A stretch of 64,000 bases of DNA, from assembly GCA_043228905.1 (NCBI GenBank), contig JBHGNT010000032.1, positions 62,001-126,000 on the forward strand. Reading direction: 5' to 3'. Position 1 is the first letter of the stretch, and every line of letters begins with the position of its first letter. The position numbers and the translations under genes are program-made. A model generated the notes under the pieces. That model saw nothing but the letters and a program-made list of their open reading frames with translations, was not told where the DNA came from and searched no databases. The stretch is from Azolla caroliniana. Taxonomy: Eukaryota; Plantae; Polypodiophyta. Below are positions 1-13,996 of this stretch, in pieces.

Positions 1-710
1 ATTTTAATTACTTAAGGGCTCCTCTCAACTCCCTCCTCAAGTTTGCTATTTTCGTCATGTCTCTCGACCTGAGTTTGAAATTCTTGATTTTTTAATTCCA
101 TATCATAGCTAGCGTTGTTAGCTTCGATTTGCATGTTTGAACACAAAAATCCGATATCACACGACCCAGGTATGAACATTTTAATCTACTCAAGGGCTCC
201 TCTCAACTCCCTCCTCAAGTTTGCTATTTTCTTCATGTCTCTCGACCTGAGTTTCAAAATCTTGATTTTTTAATTCCATATCATAGCTAGCGTTTCAAGC
301 TTCGATTTGCATGTTTGAACACAAAAATCCGATATCACACGAGCCAGGTATGAACATTTTAATTTACTCAAGGGCTCCTCTCAACTGCCTCCTCAAGTTT
401 GTTATTTTCGTCATGTCTCTCGACCTGAGTTTCAAAATCTTGATTTTTTAATTCCATATCATACCTCACGTAGTTGGCTTCGATTCGCATGTTTGAACAC
501 AAAAATCCGATATCACACGAGCCAGGTATGAACATTTTAATTACTTAAGGGCTCCTCTCAACTCCCTCCTCAAGTTTGCTATTTTCGTCATGTCTCTCGA
601 CCTGAGTTTCAAAATCTTGATTTTTTAATTCCATATCATAGCTAGCGTTGTTGGCTTCGATTTGCATGTTTGAACACAAAAATCCGATATCACACGAGCC
701 AGGTATGAAC

Positions 711-1422
711 ATTTTAATTTACTCAAGGGCTCCTCTCAACTCCCTCCTCAAGTTTGCTATTTTCGTCATGTCTCTCGACCTGAGTTTCAAAATCTTGATT
801 CTTTAATTCCATATCATAGCTCGCGTTGTTGGCTTCGATTTGCATGTTTGAACACAAAAATCCGATATCACACGAGCCAGGTATGAACATTTTAATTTAC
901 TCAAGGGCTCCTCTCAACTCCCTCCTCAAGTTTGCTATTTTCGTGATGTCTCTCGACCTGAGTTTCAAAATCTTGATTTTTTAATTCCATATCATACCTC
1001 ACGTAGTTGGCTTCGATTCGCATGTTTGAACACAAAAATCCGATATCACACGAGCCAGGTATGAACATTTTAATTTACTCAAGGGCTCCTCTCAACTCCC
1101 TCCTCAAGTTTGCTATTTTCGTCATGTCTCTCGACCTGAGTTTCAAAATCTTGATTCTTTAATTCCATATCATAGCTCGCGTTGTTGGCTTCGATTTGCA
1201 TGTTTGAACACAAAAATCCGATATCACACGAGCCAGGTATGAACATTTTAATTTACTCAAGGGCTCCTCTCAACTCCCTCCTCAAGTTTGCTATTTTCGT
1301 GATGTCTCTCGACCTGAGTTTCAAAATCTTGATTTTTTAATTCCATATCATACCTCACGTAGTTGGCTTCGATTCGCATGTTTGAACACAAAAATCCGAT
1401 ATCACACGAGCCAGGTATGAAC
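711..1422 (+). repeat. Local dimer duplication (2 x 356 bp)
   Basis: The rare variant 'ttcgtGatg' occurs at 945 and 1301 (356 bp apart). Monomer types alternate identically (gattcttt/ctcgcg, then tacctcacg). Confidence 0.8.
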
Positions 1423-4089
1423 ATTTTAATTTACTCAAGGGCTCCTCTCAACTCCCTCCTCAAGGTTGCTATTTTCGTCATGTCTCTCGACCTGAGTTTG
1501 AAATTCTTGATTTTTTAATTCCATATCATAGCTAGCGTCGTTAGCTTCGATTTGCATGTTTGAACACAAAAATCCGATATCACACGACCCAGGTATGAAC
1601 ATTTTAATCTACTCAAGGGCTCCTCTCAACTCCCTCCTCAAGTTTGCTATTTTCATCATGTCTCTCGACCTGAGTTTCAAAATCTTGATTCTTTAATTCC
1701 ATATCATAGCTCGCGTTGTTGGCTTCGATTTGCATGTTTGAACACAAAAATCCGATATCACACGAGCCAGGTATGAACATTTTAATTTACTCAAGGCCTC
1801 CTCTCAACTCCCTCCTCAAGTTTGCTATCTTCGTCATGTCTCTCGACCTGAGTTTCAAAATCTTGATTTTTTAATTCCATATCATACCTCACGTAGTTGG
1901 CTTCGATTCGCATGTTTGAACACAAAAATCCGATATGACACGAGCCAGGTATGAACATTTTAATTACTTAAGGGCTCCTCTCAACTCCCTCCTCAAGTTT
2001 GCTATTTTCGTCATGTCTCTCGACCTGAGTTTCAAAATCTTGATTTTTTAATTCCATATCATAGCTAGCGTTGTTGGCTTCGATTTGCATGTTTGAACAC
2101 AAAAATCCGATATCACACGAGCCAGGTATGAACATTTTAATTTACTCAAGGGCTCCTCTCAACTCCCTCCTCAAGTTTGCTATTTTCGTCATGTCTCTCG
2201 ACCTGAGTTTCAAAATCTTGATTCTTTAATTCCATATCATAGCTCGCGTTGTTGGCTTCGATTTGCATGTTTGAACACAAAAATCCGATATCACACGAGC
2301 CAGGTATGAACATTTTAATTTACTCAAGGGCTCCTCTCAACTCCCTCCTCAAGTTTGCTATTTTCGTCATGTCTCTCGACCTGAGTTTCAAAATCTTGAT
2401 TTTTTAATTCCATATCATACCTCACGTAGTTGGCTTCGATTCGCATGTTTGAACACAAAAATCCGATATCACACGAGCCAGGTATGAACATTTTAATTTA
2501 CTCAAGGCCTCCTCTCAACTCCCTCCTCAAGTTTGCTATTTTCGTCATGTCTCTCGACCTGAGTTTGAAATTCTTGATTTTTTAATTCCATATCATAGCT
2601 AGCGTTGTTAGCTTCGATTTGCATGTTTGAACACAAAAATCCGATATCACACGACCCAGGTATGAACATTTTAATCTACTCAAGGGCTCCTCTCAACTCC
2701 CTCCTCAAGTTTGCTATTTTCTTCATGTCTCTCGACCTGAGTTTCAAAATCTTGATTTTTTAATTCCATATCATAGCTAGCGTTTCAAGCTTCGATTTGC
2801 ATGTTTGAACACAAAAATCCGATATCACACGACCCAGGTATGAACATTTTAATCTACTCAAGGGCTCCTCTCAACTCCCTCCTCAAGTTTGCTATTTTCA
2901 TCATGTCTCTCGACCTGAGTTTCAAAATCTTGATTCTTTAATTCCATATCATAGCTCGCGTTGTTGGCTTCGATTTGCATGTTTGAACACAAAAATCCGA
3001 TATCACACGAGCCAGGTATGAACACTTTAATTTACTCAAGGGCTCCTCTCAACTCCCTCCTCAAGTTTGCTATTTTCGTCATGTCTCTCGACCTGAGTTT
3101 CAAAATCTTGATTTTTTAATTCCATATCATACCTCACGTAGTTGGCTTCGATTCGCATGTTTGAACACAAAAATCCGATATGACACGAGCCAGGTATGAA
3201 TATTTTAATTACTTAAGGGCTCCTCTCAACTCCCTCCTCAAGTTTGCTATTTTCGTCATGTCTCTCGACCTGAGTTTGAAATTCTTGATTTTTTAATTCC
3301 ATATCATAGCTAGCGTTGTTAGCTTCGATTTGCATGTTTGAACACAAAAATCCGATATCACACGACCCAGGTATGAACATTTTAATCTACTCAAGGGCTC
3401 CTCTCAACTCCCTCCTCAAGTTTGCTATTTTCTTCATGTCTCTCGACCTGAGTTTCAAAATCTTGATTTTTTAATTCCATATCATAGCTAGCGTTTCAAG
3501 CTTCGATTTGCATGTTTGAACACAAAAATCCGATATCACACGAGCCAGGTATGAACATTTTAATTTACTCAAGGGCTCCTCTCAACTGCCTCCTCAAGTT
3601 TGTTATTTTCGTCATGTCTCTCGACCTGAGTTTCAAAATCTTGATTTTTTAATTCCATATCATACCTCACGTAGTTGGCTTCGATTCGCATGTTTGAACA
3701 CAAAAATCCGATATCACACGACCCAGGTATGAACATTTTAATCTACTCAAGGGCTCCTCTCAACTCCCTCCTCAAGTTTGCTATTTTCGTCATGTCTCTC
3801 GACCTGAGTTTCAAAATCTTGATTTTTTAATTCCATATCATACCTCACGTAGTTGGCTTCGATTCGCATGTTTGAACACAAAAATCCGATATCACACGAG
3901 CCAGGTATGAACATTTTAATTACTGAAGGGCTCCTCTCAACTCCCTCCTCAAGTTTGCTATTTTCGTCATGTCTCTCGACCTGAGTTTCAAAATCTTGAT
4001 TTTTTAATTCCATATCATAGCTAGCGTTGTTGGCTTCGATTTGCATGTTTGAACACAAAAATCCGATATCACACGAGCCAGGTATGAAC

Positions 4090-7000
4090 ATTTTAATTTA
4101 CTCAAGGGCTCCTCTCAACTCCCTCCTCAAGTTTGCTATTTTCGTCATGTCTCTCGACCTGAGTTTCAAAATCTTGATTCTTTAATTCCATATCATAGCT
4201 CGCGTTGTTGGCTTCGATTTGCATGTTTGAACACAAAAATCCGATATCACACGAGCCAGGTATGAACATTTTAATTTACTCAAGGGCTCCTCTCAACTCC
4301 CTCCTCAAGTTTGCTATTTTCGTCATGTCTCTCGACCTGAGTTTCAAAATCTTGATTTTTTAATTCCATATCATACCTCACGTAGTTGGCTTCGATTCGC
4401 ATGTTTGAACACAGAAATCCGATATCACACGAGCCAGGTATGAACATTTTAATTTACTCAAGGGTTGTTCTCAACTCACTCCTCAAATTTGCTATTTTCA
4501 TCATGTCTCTCGACCTGAGTTTCAAAATCTTGATTCTTTAATTCCATATCATAGCTCGCGTTGTTGGCTTCGATTTGCATGTTTGAACACAAAAATCCGA
4601 TATCACACGACCCAGGTATGAACATTTTAATCTACTCAAGGGCTCCTCTCAACTCCCTCCTCAAGTTTGCTATTTTCATCATGTCTCTCGACCTGAGTTT
4701 CAAAATCTTGATTCTTTAATTCCATATCATAGCTCGCGTTGTTGGCTTCGATTTGCATGTTTGAACACAAAAATCCGATATCACACGAGCCAGGTATGAA
4801 CATTTTAATTTACTCAAGGGCTCCTCTCAACTCCCTCCTCAAGTTTGCTATTTTCGTCATGTCTCTCGACCTGAGTTTCAAAATCTTGATTTTTTAATTC
4901 CATATCATACCTCACGTAGTTGGCTTCGATTCGCATGTTTGAACACAAAAAGCCGATATCACACGAGCCAGGTATGAACATTTTAATTTACTCAAGGGCT
5001 CCTCTCAACTCCCTCCTCAAGTTTGCTATTTTCGTCATGTCTCTCGACCTGAGTTTCAAAATCTTGATTTTTTAATTCCATATCATACCTCACGTAGTTG
5101 GCTTCGATTCGCATGTTTGAACACAAAAATCCGATATCACACAAGCCAGGTATGAACATTTTAATTTACTCAAGGGCTGTTCTCAACTCCCTCCTCAAGT
5201 TTGCTATTTTCGTCATGTCTCTCGACCTGAGTTTCAAAATCTTGATTTTTTAATTCCATATCATACCTCACGTAGTTGGCTTCGATTCGCATGTTTGAAC
5301 ACAGAAATCCGATATCACACGAGCCAGGTATGAACATTTTAATTTACTCAAGGGTTGTTCTCAACTCACTCCTCAAATTTGCTATTTTCATCATGTCTCT
5401 CGACCTGAGTTTCAAAATCTTGATTCTTTAATTCCATATCATAGCTCGCGTTGTTGGCTTCGATTTGCATGTTTGAACACAAAAATCCGATATCACACGA
5501 CCCAGGTATGAACATTTTAATCTACTCAAGGGCTCCTCTCAACTCCCTCCTCAAGTTTGCTATTTTCATCATGTCTCTCGACCTGAGTTTCAAAATCTTG
5601 ATTTTTTAATTCCATATCATACCTCACGTAGTTGGCTTCGATTCGCATGTTTGAACACAAAAATCCGATATCACACGACCCAGGTATGAACATTTTAATC
5701 TACTCAAGGGCTCCTCTCAACTCCCTCCTCAAGTTTGCTATTTTCGTCATGTCTCTCGACCTGAGTTTCAAAATCTTGATTTTTTAATTCCATATCATAC
5801 CTCACGTAGTTGGCTTCGATTCGCATGTTTGAACACAAAAATCCGATATCACACGAGCCAGGTATGAACATTTTAATTACAGAAGGGCTCCTCTCAACTC
5901 CCTCCTCAAGTTTGCTATTTTCGTCATGTCTCTCGACCTGAGTTTCAAAATCTTGATTTTTTAATTCCATATCATACCTCACGTAGTTGGCTTCGATTCG
6001 CATGTTTGAACACAAAAATCCGATATCACACGAGCCAGGTATGAACATTTTAATTACTTAAGGGCTCCTCTCAACTCCCTCCTCAAGTTTGCTATTTTCG
6101 TCATGTCTCTCGACCTGAGTTTCAAAATCTTGATTTTTTAATTCCATATCATAGCTCGCGTTGTTGGCTTCAATTCGCATGTTTGAACACAAAAATCCGA
6201 TATCACACGAGCCAGGTATGAACATTTTAATTTACTCAAGGGTTGTTCTCAACTCACTCCTCAAATTTGCTATTTTCGTCATGTCTCTCGACCTGAGTTT
6301 GAAATTCTTGATTTTTTAATTCCATATCATAGCTAGCGTCGTTAGCTTCGATTTGCATGTTTGAACACAAAAATCCGATATCACACGACCCAGGTATGAA
6401 CATTTTAATCTACTCAAGGGCTCCTCTCAACTCCCTCCTCAAGTTTGCTATTTTCATCATGTCTCTCGACCTGAGTTTCAAAATCTTGATTCTTTAATTC
6501 CATATCATAGCTCGCGTTGTTGGCTTCGATTTGCATGTTTGAACACAAAAATCCGATATCACACGAGCCAGGTATGAACATTTTAATTTACTCAAGGGCT
6601 CCTCTCAACTCCCTCCTCAAGTTTGCTATTTTCGTCATGTCTCTCGACCTGAGTTTCAAAATCTTGATTTTTTAATTCCATATCATACCTCACGTAGTTG
6701 GCTTCGATTCGCATGTTTGAATACAAAAAGCCGATATCACACGAGCCAGGTATGAACATTTTAATTTACTCAAGGGCTCCTCTCAACTCCTTCCTCAAGT
6801 TTGCTATTTTCGTCATGTCTCTCGACCTGAGTTTGAAATTCTTGATTTTTTAATTCCATATCATAGCTAGCGTTGTTAGCTTCGATTTGCATGTTTGAAC
6901 ACAAAAATCCGATATCACACGACCCAGGTATGAACATTTTAATCTACTCAAGGGCTCCTCTCAACTCCCTCCTCAAGTTTGCTATTTTCTTCATGTCTCT

Positions 7001-9959
7001 CGACCTGAGTTTCAAAATCTTGATTTTTTAATTCCATATCATAGCTAGCGTTTCAAGCTTCGATTTGCATGTTTGAACACAAAAATCCGATATCACACGA
7101 GCCAGGTATGAACATTTTAATCTACTCAAGGGCTCCTCTCAACTCCCTCCTCAAGTTTGCTATTTTCATCATGTCTCTCGACCTGAGTTTCAAAATCTTG
7201 ATTCTTTAATTCCATATCATAGCTCGCGTTGTTGGCTTCGATTTGCATGTTTGAACACAAAAATCCGATATCACACGAGCCAGGTATGAACATTTTAATT
7301 TACTCAAGGGCTCCTCTCAACTCCCTCCTCAAGTTTGCTATTTTCGTCATGTCTCTCGACCTGAGTTTCAAAATCTTGATTCTTTAATTCCATATCATAG
7401 CTCGCGTTGTTGGCTTCGATTTGCATGTTTGAACACAAAAATCCGATATCACACGAGCCAGGTATGAACATTTTAATTTACTCAAGGGCTCCTCTCAACT
7501 CCCTCCTCAAGTTTGCTATTTTCGTCATGTCTCTCGACCTGAGTTTCAAAATCTTGATTTTTTAATTCCATATCATACCTCACGTAGTTGGCTTCGATTC
7601 GCATGTTTGAACACAGAAATCCGATATCACACGAGCCAGGTATGAACATTTTAATTTACTCAAGGGTTGTTCTCAACTCACTCCTCAAATTTGCTATTTT
7701 CATCATGTCTCTCGACTTGAGTTTCAAAATCTTGATTCTTTAATTCCATATCATAGCTCGCGTTGTTGGCTTCGATTTGCATGTTTGAACACAAAAATCC
7801 GATATCACACGACCCAGGTATGAACATTTTAATCTACTCAAGGGCTCCTCTCAACTCCCTCCTCAAGTTTGCTATTTTCATCATGTCTCTCGACCTGAGT
7901 TTCAAAATCTTGATTCTTTAATTCCATATCATAGCTCGCGTTGTTGGCTTCGATTTGCATGTTTGAACACAAAAATCCGATATCACACGAGCCAGGTATG
8001 AACATTTTAATTTACTCAAGGGCTCCTCTCAACTCCCTCCTCAAGTTTGCTATTTTCGTCATGTCTCTCGACCTGAGTTTCAAAATCTTGATTTTTTAAT
8101 TCCATATCATACCTCACGTAGTTGGCTTCGATTCGCATGTTTGAACACAAAAAGCCGATATCACACGAGCCAGGTATGAACATTTTAATTTACTCAAGGG
8201 CTCCTCTCAACTCCCTCCTCAAGTTTGCTATTTTCGTCATGTCTCTCGACCTGAGTTTCAAAATCTTGATTTTTTAATTCCATATCATACCTCACGTAGT
8301 TGGCTTCGATTCGCATGTTTGAACACAAAAATCCGATATCACACGAGCCAGGTATGAACATTTTAATTTACTCAAGGGCTGTTCTCAACTCACTCCTCAA
8401 ATTTGCTATTTTCGTCATGTCTCTCGACCTGAGTTTCAAAATGTTGATTTTTTAATTCCATATCATACCTCGCGTTGATGGCTTCAATTCGCATGTTTGA
8501 ACACAAAAATCCGATATCACACGAGCCAGGTATGAACATTTTAATTTACTCAAGGGTTGTTCTCAACTCACTCCTCAAATTTGCTATTTTTGTCATGTCT
8601 CTCGACCTGAGTTTGAAATTCTTGATTTTTTAATTCCATATCATAGCTAGCGTTGTTAGCTTCGATTTGCATGTTTGAACACAAAAATCCGATATCACAC
8701 GACCCAGGTATGAACATTTTAATCTACTCAAGGGCTCCTCTCAACTCCCTCCTCAAGTTTGCTATTTTCGTCATGTCTCTCGACCTGAGTTTCAAAATCT
8801 TGATTTTTTAATTCCATATCATACCTCACGTAGTTGGCTTCGATTCGCATGTTTGAACACAAAAATCCGATATCACACGACCCAGGTATGAACATTTTAA
8901 TCTACTCAAGGGCTCCTCTCAACTCCCTCCTCAAGTTTGCTATTTTCGTCATGTCTCTCGACCTGAGTTTCAAAATCTTGATTTTTTAATTCCATATCAT
9001 ACCTCACGTAGTTGGCTTCGATTCGCATGTTTGAACACAAAAATCCGATATCACACGAGCCAGGTATGAACATTTTAATTACAGAAGGGCTCCTCTCAAC
9101 TCCCTCCTCAAGTTTGCTATTTTCGTCATGTCTCTCGACCTGAGTTTCAAAATCTTGATTTTTTAATTCCATATCATACCTCACGTAGTTGGCTTCGATT
9201 CGCATGTTTGAACACAAAAATCCGATATCACACGAGCCAGGTATGAACATTTTAATTACTTAAGGGCTCCTCTCAACTCCCTCCTCAAGTTTGCTATTTT
9301 CGTCATGTCTCTCGACCTGAGTTTCAAAATCTTGATTTTTTAATTCCATATCATAGCTCGCGTTGTTGGCTTCAATTCGCATGTTTGAACACAAAAATCC
9401 GATATCACACGAGCCAGGTATGAACATTTTAATTTACTCAAGGGTTGTTCTCAACTCACTCCTCAAATTTGCTATTTTCGTCATGTCTCTCGACCTGAGT
9501 TTGAAATTCTTGATTTTTTAATTCCATATCATAGCTAGCGTCGTTAGCTTCGATTTGCATGTTTGAACACAAAAATCCGATATCACACGAGCCAGGTATG
9601 AACATTTTAATCTACTCAAGGGCTCCTCTCAACTCCCTCCTCAAGTTTGCTATTTTCATCATGTCTCTCGACCTGAGTTTCAAAATCTTGATTCTTTAAT
9701 TCCATATCATAGCTCGCGTTGTTGGCTTCGATTTGCATGTTTGAACACAAAAATCCGATATCACACGAGCCAGGTATGAACATTTTAATTTACTCAAGGG
9801 CTCCTCTCAACTCCCTCCTCAAGTTTGCTATTTTCGTCATGTCTCTCGACCTGAGTTTCAAAATCTTGATTTTTTAATTCCATATCATACCTCACGTAGT
9901 TGGCTTCGATTCGCATGTTTGAATACAAAAAGCCGATATCACACGAGCCAGGTATGAAC
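4090..9959 (+). repeat. 18-monomer (3202 bp) periodicity, imperfect higher-order repeat
   Basis: Rare markers repeat at +3202: 'acagaaatcc' (monomers 4268/7470), 'tacagaaggg' (5870/9072) and 'gaatacaaaaagcc' (6580/9782). ORFs 5704 and 8906 are also 3202 apart. The middle monomers (5158-5691 vs 8360-8893) differ. Confidence 0.75.
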
Positions 9960-11558
9960 ATTTTAATTTACTCAAGGGCTCCTCTCAACTCCCTCCTCAA
10001 GTTTGCTATTTTCGTCATGTCTCTCGACCTGAGTTTCAAAATCTTGATTTTTTAATTCCATATCATACCTCACGTAGTTGGCTTCGATTCGCATGTTTGA
10101 ACACAAAAATCCGATATCACACGAGCCAGGTATGAACATTTTAATTTCCTCAAGGGCTGTTCTCAACTCACTCCTCAAATTTGCTATTTTCGTCATGTCT
10201 CTCGACCTGAGTTTCAAAATGTTGATTTTATAATTCCATATCATAGCTCGCGTTGATGGCTTCAATTCGCATGTTTGAACACAAAAATCCGATATCACAC
10301 GAGCCAGGTATGAACATTTTAATTTACTCAAGGGTTGTTCTCAACTCACTCCTCAAATTTGCTATTTTTGTCATGTCTCTCGACCTGAGTTTGAAATTCT
10401 TGATTTTTTAATTCCATATCATAGCTAGCGTTGTTAGCTTCGATTTGCATGTTTGAACACAAAAATCCGATATCACACGACCCAGGTATGAACATTTTAA
10501 TCTACTCAAGGGCTCCTCTCAACTCCCTCCTCAAGTTTGCTATTTTCGTCATGTCTCTCGACCTGAGTTTCAAAATCTTGATTTTTTAATTCCATATCAT
10601 ACCTCACGTAGTTGGCTTCGATTCGCATGTTTGAACACAAAAATCCGATATCACACGAGCCAGGTATGAACATTTTAATTACTGAAGGGCTCCTCTCAAC
10701 TCCCTCCTCAAGTTTGCTATTTTCGTCATGTCTCTCGACCTGAGTTTCAAAATCTTGATTTTTTAATTCCATATCATACCTCACGTAGTTGGCTTCGATT
10801 CGCATGTTTGAACACAAAAATCCGATATCACACGAGCCAGGTATGAACATTTTAATTACTTAAGGGCTCCTCTCAACTCCCTCCTCAAGTTTGCTATTTT
10901 CGTCATGTCTCTCGACCTGAGTTTCAAAATCTTGATTTTTTAATTCCATATCATAGCTCGCGTTGTTGGCTTCAATTCGCATGTTTGAACACAAAAATCC
11001 GATATCACACGAGCCAGGTATGAACATTTTAATTTACTCAAGGGTTGTTCTCAACTCACTCCTCAAATTTGCTATTTTCGTCATGTCTGTCGACCTGAGT
11101 TTGAAATTCTTGATTTTTTAATTCCATATCATAGCTAGCGTCGTTAGCTTCGATTTGCATGTTTGTCACAAAAATCCGATATCACACGACCCAGGTATGA
11201 ACATTTTAATCTACTCAAGGGCTCCTCTCAACTCCCTCCTCAAGTTTGCTATTTTCATCATGTCTCTCGACCTCAGTTTCAAAATCTTGATTCTTTAATT
11301 CCATATCATAGCTCGCGTTGTTGGCTTCGATTTGCATGTTTGAACACAAAAATCCGATATCACACGAGCCAGGTATGAACATTTTAATTTACTCAAGGGC
11401 TCCTCTCAACTCCCTCCTCAAGTTTGCTATTTTCGTCATGTCTCTCGACCTGAGTTTCAAAATCTTGATTTTTTAATTCCATATCATACCTCACGTAGTT
11501 GGCTTCGATTCGCATGTTTGAACACAAAAATCCGATATCACACGAGCCAGGTATGAAC
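8182..11558 (+). repeat. Tandem higher-order pair of 10 and 9 monomers
   Basis: 'aaaatgttg'+'gttgatgg' (monomers 8360/10138) and 'tttttgtc' (8538/10316) repeat at +1778. Downstream monomers repeat at +1600 (8894/10494, 9426/11026), so the copies differ by one whole monomer. Confidence 0.75.
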
Positions 11559-12804
11559 ATTTTAATTTACTCAAGGGCTGTTCTCAACTCACTCCTTAAA
11601 TTTGCTATTTTCGTCATGTCTCTCGACCTGAGTTTCAAAATCTTGATTTTTTAATTCCATATCATAGCTAGCGTTTCAAGCTTCGATTCGCATGTTTGAA
11701 CACAAAAATCCGATATCACTAGAGCTAGGTATGAACATTTTAATTTACTCAAGGGCTCCTCTCAACTCCCTCCGCAAGTTTGCTATTTTCGTCATGTCTC
11801 TCGACCTGAGCTTCAAAATCTTGATTTTTTAATTCCATATCATAGCTCGCGTTGTTGGCTTCGATTCGCATGTTTGAACACAAAAATCCGATATCACACG
11901 AGCCAGGTATGAACATTTTAATTTACTCAAGGGCTCCTCTCAACTCCCTCCTCAAGTTTGCTATTTTCGTCATGTATCTCGACCTGAGTTTGAAATTCTT
12001 GATTTTTTAATTCCATATCATAGCTAGCGTTGTTAGCTTCGATTCGCATGTTTGAACACAAAAATCCGATATCACACGAGCCAGGTATGAACATTTTAAT
12101 TTACTCAAGGGCTGTTCTCAACTCACTCCTCAAATTTGCTATTTTCGTCATGTCTCTCGACCTGAGTTTCAAAATCTTTATTTTATAATTCCATATCATA
12201 GCTCGCGTTGTTGGCTTCGATTCGCATGTTTGAACACAAAAATCCGATATCACACGAGCCAGGTATGAACATTTTAATTTACTCAAGGGCTATTCTCAAC
12301 TCACTCCTCAAATTTGCTATTTTCGTCATGTCTCTCGACGTGAGTTTTAAAATCTTGATTTTATAATTCCATATCATAGCTCGCGTTGTTGGCTTCAATT
12401 CGCATGTTTGAACACAAAAATCCGATATCACACGAGCCAGGTATGAACATTTTAATTTACTCAAGGGTTGTTCTCAACTCACTCGTCAAGTTTGCTATTT
12501 TCGTCATGTCTCTCGACCTGAGTTTGAAATTCTTGATTTTTTAATTCCATATCATAGCTAGCGTCGTTAGCTTCGATTTGCATGTTTGAACACAAAAATC
12601 CGATATCACACGACCCAGGTATGAACATTTTAATCTACTCAAGGGCTCCTCTCAACTCCCTCCTCAAGTTTGCTATTTTCATCATGTCTCTCGACCTGAG
12701 TTTCAAAATCTTGATTCTTTAATTCCATATCATAGCTCGCGTTGTTGGCTTCGATTTGCATGTTTGAACACAAAAATCCGATATCACACGAGCCAGGTAT
12801 GAAC

Positions 12805-12928
12805 ATTTTAATTTACTCAAGGGCTCCTCTCAACTCCTTCCTCAAGTTTGCTATTTTCGTCATGTCTCTCGACCTGAGTTTCAAAATCTTGATTTTTTAA
12901 TTCCATATCACACGAGCCAGGTATGAAC
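12805..12928 (+). repeat. Truncated 124-bp monomer (54-bp internal deletion)
   Basis: Junction 'ttccATATCAcacgagcc' at 12901-12918. Monomer starts are 12805 and 12929. ORF spacing 12279 to 13293 = 5x178+124. Confidence 0.95.
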
Positions 12929-13996
12929 ATTTTAATCTACTCAAGGGCTCCTCTCAACTCCCTCCTCAAGTTTGCTATTTTCGTCATGTCTCTCGACCTG
13001 AGTTTGAAATTCTTGATTTTTTAATTCCATATCATAGCTAGCGTCGTTAGCTTCGATTTGCATGTTTGAACACAAAAATCCGATATCACACGACCTAGGT
13101 ATGAACATTTTAATCTACTCAAGGGCTCCTCTCAACTCCCTCCTCAAGTTTGCTATTTTCGTCATGTCTCTCGACCTGAGTTTCAAAATCTTGATTCTTT
13201 AATTCCATATCATAGCTCGCGTTGTTGGCTTCGATTTGCATGTTTGAACACAAAAATCCGATATCACACGAGCCAGGTATGAACATTTTAATTTACTCAA
13301 GGGCTCCTCTCAACTCCCTCCTCAAGTTTGCTATTTTCGTCATGTCTCTCGACCTGAGTTTCAAAATCTTGATTTTATAATTCCATAGCATAGCTCGCGT
13401 TGTTGGCTTCGATTCGCATGTTTGAACACAAAAATCCGATATCACACGAGCCAGGTATGAACATTTTAATTTACTCAAGGGCTCCTCTCAACTCCCTCCT
13501 CAAGTTTGCTATTTTCGTCATGTCTCTCGACCTGAGTTTCAAAATCTTGATTTTTTAATTCCATATCATACCTCACGTAGTTGGCTTCGATTCGCATGTT
13601 TGAACACAAAAATCCGATATCACACGAGCCAGGTATGAACATTTTAATTTACTCAAGGGCTGTTCTCAACTCACTCCTTAAATTTGCTATTTTCGTCATG
13701 TCTCTCGACCTGAGTTTCAAAATCTTGATTTTTTAATTCCATATCATAGCTAGCGTTGTTAGCTTCGATTCGCATGTTTGAACACAAAAATCCGATATCA
13801 CACGAGCCAGGTATGAACATTTTAATTTACTCAAGGGCTGTTCTCAACTCACTCCTCAAGTTTGCTATTTTCGTCATGTCTCTCGACCTGAGCTTCAAAA
13901 TCTTGATTTTATAATTCCATATCATAGCTCGCGTTGTTGGCTTCGATTCGCATGTTTGAACACAAAAATCCGATATCACACGAGCCAGGTATGAAC

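Noticed and set aside
1-178. 5S rDNA, tRNA or snRNA tandem array
   Set aside because: I could not recognise a 5S sequence, tRNA cloverleaf, or Pol III A/B/C boxes on either strand. An Rfam cmscan would settle it.
833-850. CENP-B box-like motif at 'cttcgatt(c/t)gcatgttt'
   Set aside because: Only TTCG matches. The required A and CGGG of NTTCGNNNNANNCGGGN are absent.
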